A program made the position numbers and the translations under genes. This document shows, piece by piece, positions 15,356 through 20,000 of a stretch of 20,000 nucleotides of DNA (its first letter is position 1; every line of letters begins with the position of its first letter). The notes under the pieces are model-generated. The model ran no database searches. It was not told the origin of the DNA and saw only the letters and a list, made by a program, of their open reading frames with translations. Source of the DNA: an uncultured virus (IMG/VR IMGVR_UViG_3300000156_000110) (lineage: Duplodnaviria > Heunggongvirae > Uroviricota > Caudoviricetes); IMG/VR virus record IMGVR_UViG_3300000156_000110, positions 47,019 through 67,018 of that record. One strand, given 5' to 3'.

Positions 15356-17520
15356 GAGATTTGGATTCCGAGCCCCCGGGCCACCGAGCCGGGCACCGTG
15401 ACCGCCGCCCACACGGTGACGCCCGAGGCGAAGGTATAGGTCCAGTCGAAGGAATGCTCCAACTGGTTCGCCGGGAAGGTGAAGGTACCCACGACGGTCT
15501 GCGTCGGGCCAGCGGGGTCGCGCACGGTGATCGTGAACGTCGTGGCGGTCGTGCCTGCGACGGCGAGGGTGGCATAGACCGTCGTGGCATCGCCGCCAGT
15601 CGTCTGTTGGCCGACCGATCGCCCGACGCCCAACGGCCCGGGGAAGGCGAACGGAGTCATCCCGCCCCCCAACCCCCCACCCCCGAAGCTGCCGGGATCG
15701 GTAGGAACGAACTCTCCGAGGCCCGGGTCCCATGCGGGCACGAACCCGTCGGGGAAGGGATCGGACGAGAAGTCCACCAGATCGCCGGTGGCAGGGGGCA
15801 CATCCACGGGCGAGTCGAAGGCGGGCGGAGGCGGTGGGGGACTGGCGGATTCCGACGAACCTTCGAGTGTGCCGGGCACCATCCGGCGCACCCACCGCTG
15901 AAGTCGCTCGGCGAACTCCATGCGGATCGACGACAACTCGGGCACAGACGTGACGTTGCCCTCGGCGTCCTCGGTGATAGTTATTCCCTTGACCCGATAG
16001 CGAGTACTCGCGCCGGCGCGGTCGGGAGCGTGAATCCAGTCTCCGAGCCCATAGTCAACGTATGCCCGGCAGTGCTCGTCCCCGCTGGCATCCGGGCGTT
16101 CGATGGGCTCGGCGGTGATGGCTTCGGATGGAGCGACCAGCGACTCAAAGGACGCCGCCGCGAGCTGGCGAACGTAGGACTCATCCTGAGTACCCGCGGA
16201 GAGAAACTGCTCACGCCGACGCACCGCTGCCGAGCCCCCGGGATCGGTCAGTTCGAGCCAGCCCTGTTGATCCGAGCCACGACCGCGGTAGCGACTGAGC
16301 AACACGTTGGCCCGGCCCTCGGTAGAGCCCTGGCGAGTCAGGGACAAGAGGTTGACGGACCGGGCGAGCACAGTGACGGCATCGGTGCCGATCCCCTCAC
16401 CATTCCAGAGCCGCAGGGTGTTCATCGTCGGGTCCATATGCCAGTCGAACCCGAACTCGGCAATCTGGCGCAGCACGTCGAGATAGGTCGCGCCGACGGC
16501 GAAGGTGGGGTTGATCGAAGCTCCCCAAGCGATACCCGCCGAATCCACCGTGTCGCTGAAGGCGAGCGTCATACCCGCATCGTTGGCCCACATCCCCCGG
16601 GCGATGGCCTCCTCGGTCAATACCCGCATGATGCGCCCCGGCGTCATCCCCGGCGCTTGGGGTGGGTAGCCGATGGCCTTCCACGACACGTCCGTGTGCA
16701 GCACGACCACGCCCAAGTCGCGCCCGCCATTCGTGGTGCGCAGCATCGTCATAATCACGCCTGCCGCGCCGCCGAACTCATTGCGGCCGTGGATCGCCAT
16801 GATGTGATCGCCGGCGTCGAGGTCGACGTCGACCCGGCGCGTCGAGTTGAACATGAAGGCGGTCAGTTCGCCCGAGATCCGCGCTCCGTCGATCCACAGC
16901 TCGTAACCGTCGTCGGCCGTGATGAAGATGGCGAACCGCCCGGCCTCGGGGGCCGATAGGGAGAAGGGACGGCGGAAATAGGCATCGCCGTTCGGCGCGG
17001 CCATGCTCCCGTCCATGGCCTGTGACCACAGCCACCGCGCCGCCGCATCCGGCCACCCATCGGGGTTCCCGGGCCAGGGACCGTCGCTCGATTGACCGGT
17101 CTGGATCGACACCGCGGCGGCCCACGCCGAGTCATCGAACGCCGAAGCGGTCCAGTCGAAGGGGCGCTGGTCGGGAGTGCGGCGAGTGATCCCGAACTCG
17201 GGATAGACCTTGGCCCAATCGAGCTGCAAGGCGTTACCGCGCCCGCCAACAACGGAGACTTCGGCGGCTTCCTCGCCCTGGTCGACCGGGTTCTCGTCGA
17301 GGGTTTCCACCACTCCCCCGAAGCGCACCGAGCCGTCGAGTTTGAGGATGATCTTGTCGTCGTAGTCGATCAACGCGAGCACGGGATCTTCGAGTCCGAT
17401 CTTGAACTTGAAGGCTCCGGTATCACTCAGATGATCGAAGAAGGTCCGGTCTGCCGATAATGCGATGCCCGCCTGCTTGAGCGTTCGAGTGGGCGAATAG
17501 ACATCAATGGTGATGCCCAC
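15352..17520 (-). CDS. minor tail protein (Tal/baseplate hub-like) with inserted carbohydrate-binding jelly-roll domain (722 aa)
   Basis: Follows Dit-like gene; HLSDTGAFKF, RFGGVVE, YVDYGLGDWI...RVKGITI hub-like motifs; insert WLW/YFRRPF/ITADDGYELWIDG. Confidence 0.8.
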   Translation of the reverse strand: MGITIDVYSPTRTLKQAGIALSADRTFFDHLSDTGAFKFKIGLEDPVLALIDYDDKIILKLDGSVRFGGVVETLDENPVDQGEEAAEVSVVGGRGNALQLDWAKVYPEFGITRRTPDQRPFDWTASAFDDSAWAAAVSIQTGQSSDGPWPGNPDGWPDAAARWLWSQAMDGSMAAPNGDAYFRRPFSLSAPEAGRFAIFITADDGYELWIDGARISGELTAFMFNSTRRVDVDLDAGDHIMAIHGRNEFGGAAGVIMTMLRTTNGGRDLGVVVLHTDVSWKAIGYPPQAPGMTPGRIMRVLTEEAIARGMWANDAGMTLAFSDTVDSAGIAWGASINPTFAVGATYLDVLRQIAEFGFDWHMDPTMNTLRLWNGEGIGTDAVTVLARSVNLLSLTRQGSTEGRANVLLSRYRGRGSDQQGWLELTDPGGSAAVRRREQFLSAGTQDESYVRQLAAASFESLVAPSEAITAEPIERPDASGDEHCRAYVDYGLGDWIHAPDRAGASTRYRVKGITITEDAEGNVTSVPELSSIRMEFAERLQRWVRRMVPGTLEGSSESASPPPPPPAFDSPVDVPPATGDLVDFSSDPFPDGFVPAWDPGLGEFVPTDPGSFGGGGLGGGMTPFAFPGPLGVGRSVGQQTTGGDATTVYATLAVAGTTATTFTITVRDPAGPTQTVVGTFTFPANQLEHSFDWTYTFASGVTVWAAVTVPGSVARGLGIQIS

Positions 17521-17985
17521 TCAGACGAACACCCCGAGTGGCAGCTGAAGGTTCAGCACGGCGCGCATGGCGAACGGTCCTACCGCCCCGAGCGACATTG
17601 GCGAGCGGACCTTGACCCGAGCCGTGAGGGTGGCACCGCTGGCAATGTGCAGCACCCCAGCTCGGCACCCATCGGCATCGCTCGAAGGAGCGAGCACCGC
17701 GGCCTTGAATGCGGCCAGGTTCGTCTCCAACCCGACGCGCTGGTCGGCATAGGGAGTGCCCTCATCGTTCATATCTCCATAGAACACCATCGGCAGTTGG
17801 CGCTCCGAAACAGTCGGCCGCTCGGGGAAGGAAACGACCCACGGCGCTCCGGGTATCAGCCGGTTGTCACCCCGCATGTCGGGCCCGTCGAACAATTGCG
17901 AGAGGTCGAGATGGGTCCATGCCGGAGTCGACAGGGAGAACCCATCGAGGGTCAGGTATTCGGCCAGAACGATCTCCTGGGCCAT
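17521..17985 (-). CDS. distal tail (Dit)-like protein (154 aa)
   Basis: Position between tape measure and Tal-like gene; size and RG.N..IPG motif. Confidence 0.7.
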   Translation of the reverse strand: MAQEIVLAEYLTLDGFSLSTPAWTHLDLSQLFDGPDMRGDNRLIPGAPWVVSFPERPTVSERQLPMVFYGDMNDEGTPYADQRVGLETNLAAFKAAVLAPSSDADGCRAGVLHIASGATLTARVKVRSPMSLGAVGPFAMRAVLNLQLPLGVFV

Positions 17986-20000
17986 CTAGTTCCCCCCCCA
18001 CTTCCCACCGACGAGGTATGCCTGCTCCCGCAGCTTCTTGGGGATCGCCGTGGCCACGGCGGCAGCATTCGGCACTCCGATGTGGAACGGTCCGTAGGTG
18101 TCGCCGCCCCGGTTGTTATTCACCGTGCCCCCCAACCCATAGCCACCGACTCCCACCCCACCGGTCACTCCAAGACCCGGGGCACGACGGGTCCATTCGC
18201 TGCCAAGGGTGCCCGCCAGTCCGGCGAGTGTCTGCGTCAGGCTCGCCTCATGGCCCCGTAGGCCGACTTCGAGTCCTTCGACCACGTTCTTGCCAAGCCC
18301 GGCGAAGACTTTGGACGGGCTGTCGATCCCGAGAACGTGCTTCACCGGTCCAGGGAGATGCGAGGCCAGGTCGTGGATCAGATCGGTCACCTTGTGCCAT
18401 GTCGAAGCGATGCCGCGGAAGAACCCGTTGACCAACGCCTCGCCCGCGCTCACGAGCCAGTTCCCCGCGCCGGCGAAGAAGTCCCTGATCCGAGTCGGCA
18501 CCGAGGCGAAGAACCGCTCGATTGAACTGAACCCGGACCGTACGCCAGTGGCGATGCTGCCGAGAAGATCGGGAATCCCCGACAGGATCGGTCCGAAGAA
18601 ACCGTAGATCCGCTGGCCGATGGCCCCGATGACCTTGCCCCCGAAGTCGGTGATGGCCGACTGCACCTTTTCGAGCGCGGCGGGGATCTGCTCCTTGATG
18701 AACCGAGGCAAGGTGTCCTCGAAGAAGTGCCCGACTCCCTTGCGATGTTCGAGGATGAACGAGGTCAGGAGGAACGCGGCCACGCCAGCGGCGAAGACGA
18801 GGCAGGCGGACGCGATAACAGCGGCTCCCGCGCCGGCGATGGCACTGATGAGGGCAGAGGCGACCGCGCCCACAACCACGTCTCGGATGGTCCCCTCCAA
18901 GTCCTCGCCCGACAAGGCGGCAACCGCCAACCCGGCCAGTCCACCAGCCGCCGCCCCCTTGCCCACCGTCTTGCCCACCCCCGGAGAGAGAGCGGATGCC
19001 GTCGCGCCGGCGGTCTTACGTCCCTCCCCTCCGAAGGCACCTGCGAAGGCGCTGAGCTTGCTCAGACCCTCGGCGTTACTTGCCGCGGCGATCGCCACCT
19101 TCAGGTCACGCATCAGCCCGATGGCCGTCTTGATACCGCCGATGAAGGGGCCGAAGACCGTGTTCAGAACCTTGAATCCGAGCATGACTCCAAGCAGGCC
19201 GCCCAGGATCGGACCGAGGCCGGGGATGTTGTCCAACAGGAAGGTGAGCGCCTGCACGATCGGCTTGAGGATGGCGGCTGTGGTGCGAAAAACCGCCTGA
19301 AGCACACCGGAGTCGAGGATGGCCCGGAATAGCGGGGCGGCCTTGGAAAGCAGATCCACGATCACCGGCAGGATGTCGGTCCGCAGGATCTTGAGGGCGT
19401 TGGTCAGAGGGCCGAAGTTCTGGCTGGCCAGCAGGACGAGTCCCTTGGCGATGTCACCGATGAGGCGGCCCGCTTCGAGCAACGGCGGGCCGAGGGAGTC
19501 GAAGAACCGCTTGAGCGCCGACTGGCCCGAGGTCGACGCCGCGATCCGGTCGAGTGAGCGCAGGGTGCCGTCGAAGGCGCGCAGCAGGAGATCACCGACG
19601 GGCTTGGCCGCGCGGCCCACGTCGACGAGCAACTTGAAGAAGTTGCCCAGGATCGACACCGTGAGCTTGAGGGTTTCAAGCGTCCCCTTGAAGAACTCCT
19701 GTAGGCGCCCGGAGTCCCGCCCTGCTTGGGCGAAGCCCTTGAACGCCTCGCTGGCCTTGACTGCGATGTCGCCGAGCCCGTCCACCAATGGCTTCGCCGC
19801 CACGGAGATGTTTCGGACGGCGTCGAGGACGTTCAGGGCCGAGACGCCCAACTTCGCCATCAGCTCGTTGCTACCGGCGAGGACCGACTTGAAGTCGCTG
19901 GCGAAGGGGCCGCTCGACAACAGGGCGCCGAGCTTCTGCACGAACCCACCGAACAGTCCACCCGCCGTCGTGAGGGCGTCGTGGATCACCGGCGAGAGCG
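17986..20000 (-). CDS. tape measure protein, C-terminal part (continues beyond the window)
   Basis: Long Ala/Gly/Leu amphipathic helical ORF; C-terminal LGIDSPSKVF...G...GL signature; precedes Dit/Tal. Confidence 0.9.
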   Translation of the reverse strand, partial: LSPVIHDALTTAGGLFGGFVQKLGALLSSGPFASDFKSVLAGSNELMAKLGVSALNVLDAVRNISVAAKPLVDGLGDIAVKASEAFKGFAQAGRDSGRLQEFFKGTLETLKLTVSILGNFFKLLVDVGRAAKPVGDLLLRAFDGTLRSLDRIAASTSGQSALKRFFDSLGPPLLEAGRLIGDIAKGLVLLASQNFGPLTNALKILRTDILPVIVDLLSKAAPLFRAILDSGVLQAVFRTTAAILKPIVQALTFLLDNIPGLGPILGGLLGVMLGFKVLNTVFGPFIGGIKTAIGLMRDLKVAIAAASNAEGLSKLSAFAGAFGGEGRKTAGATASALSPGVGKTVGKGAAAGGLAGLAVAALSGEDLEGTIRDVVVGAVASALISAIAGAGAAVIASACLVFAAGVAAFLLTSFILEHRKGVGHFFEDTLPRFIKEQIPAALEKVQSAITDFGGKVIGAIGQRIYGFFGPILSGIPDLLGSIATGVRSGFSSIERFFASVPTRIRDFFAGAGNWLVSAGEALVNGFFRGIASTWHKVTDLIHDLASHLPGPVKHVLGIDSPSKVFAGLGKNVVEGLEVGLRGHEASLTQTLAGLAGTLGSEWTRRAPGLGVTGGVGVGGYGLGGTVNNNRGGDTYGPFHIGVPNAAAVATAIPKKLREQAYLVGGKWGGN

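Noticed and set aside
15356..15895. N-terminal 180 aa of ORF 13232..15895
   Set aside because: Overlaps the Tal-like gene out of frame and is Arg-rich noise; GTGA-coupled start at 15355 preferred
19..19332. Numerous long + strand ORFs (e.g. 15361..16959, 10961..12187, 4404..5306)
   Set aside because: Antisense shadows of well-supported minus-strand genes in high-GC DNA; no recognisable motifs

Overview
High-GC phage or prophage segment, most likely an actinobacterial siphovirus (WhiB, Rpf domain, SigA-type promoters). Every credible gene is on the minus strand, mostly translationally coupled by ATGA/GTGA/TGATG overlaps. In transcription order (right to left): tail module (tape measure C-terminus, Dit-like, Tal-like with inserted carbohydrate-binding domain, glycine-rich receptor-binding protein); recombination module (Gam-like, putative ssDNA-annealing protein, DUF932); SF2 helicase with a Gly1 class-3-type intein; replication module (initiator with internal iterons, DnaC/IstB-like loader); WhiB; a stand-alone secreted Rpf transglycosylase; HNH; an internally deleted DNA methyltransferase; small membrane proteins and a DEDDh exonuclease. 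The most interesting signals are non-coding: four promoters sharing an ~18-20 bp palindromic operator upstream of the -10 box, a structured ~126-nt RNA made from one of them (2036->1911), and a second structured element (6336-6458) that folds on the antisense strand beside the RBS of the gene preceding the replication initiator. All family assignments come from motif recognition by eye, not database searches.
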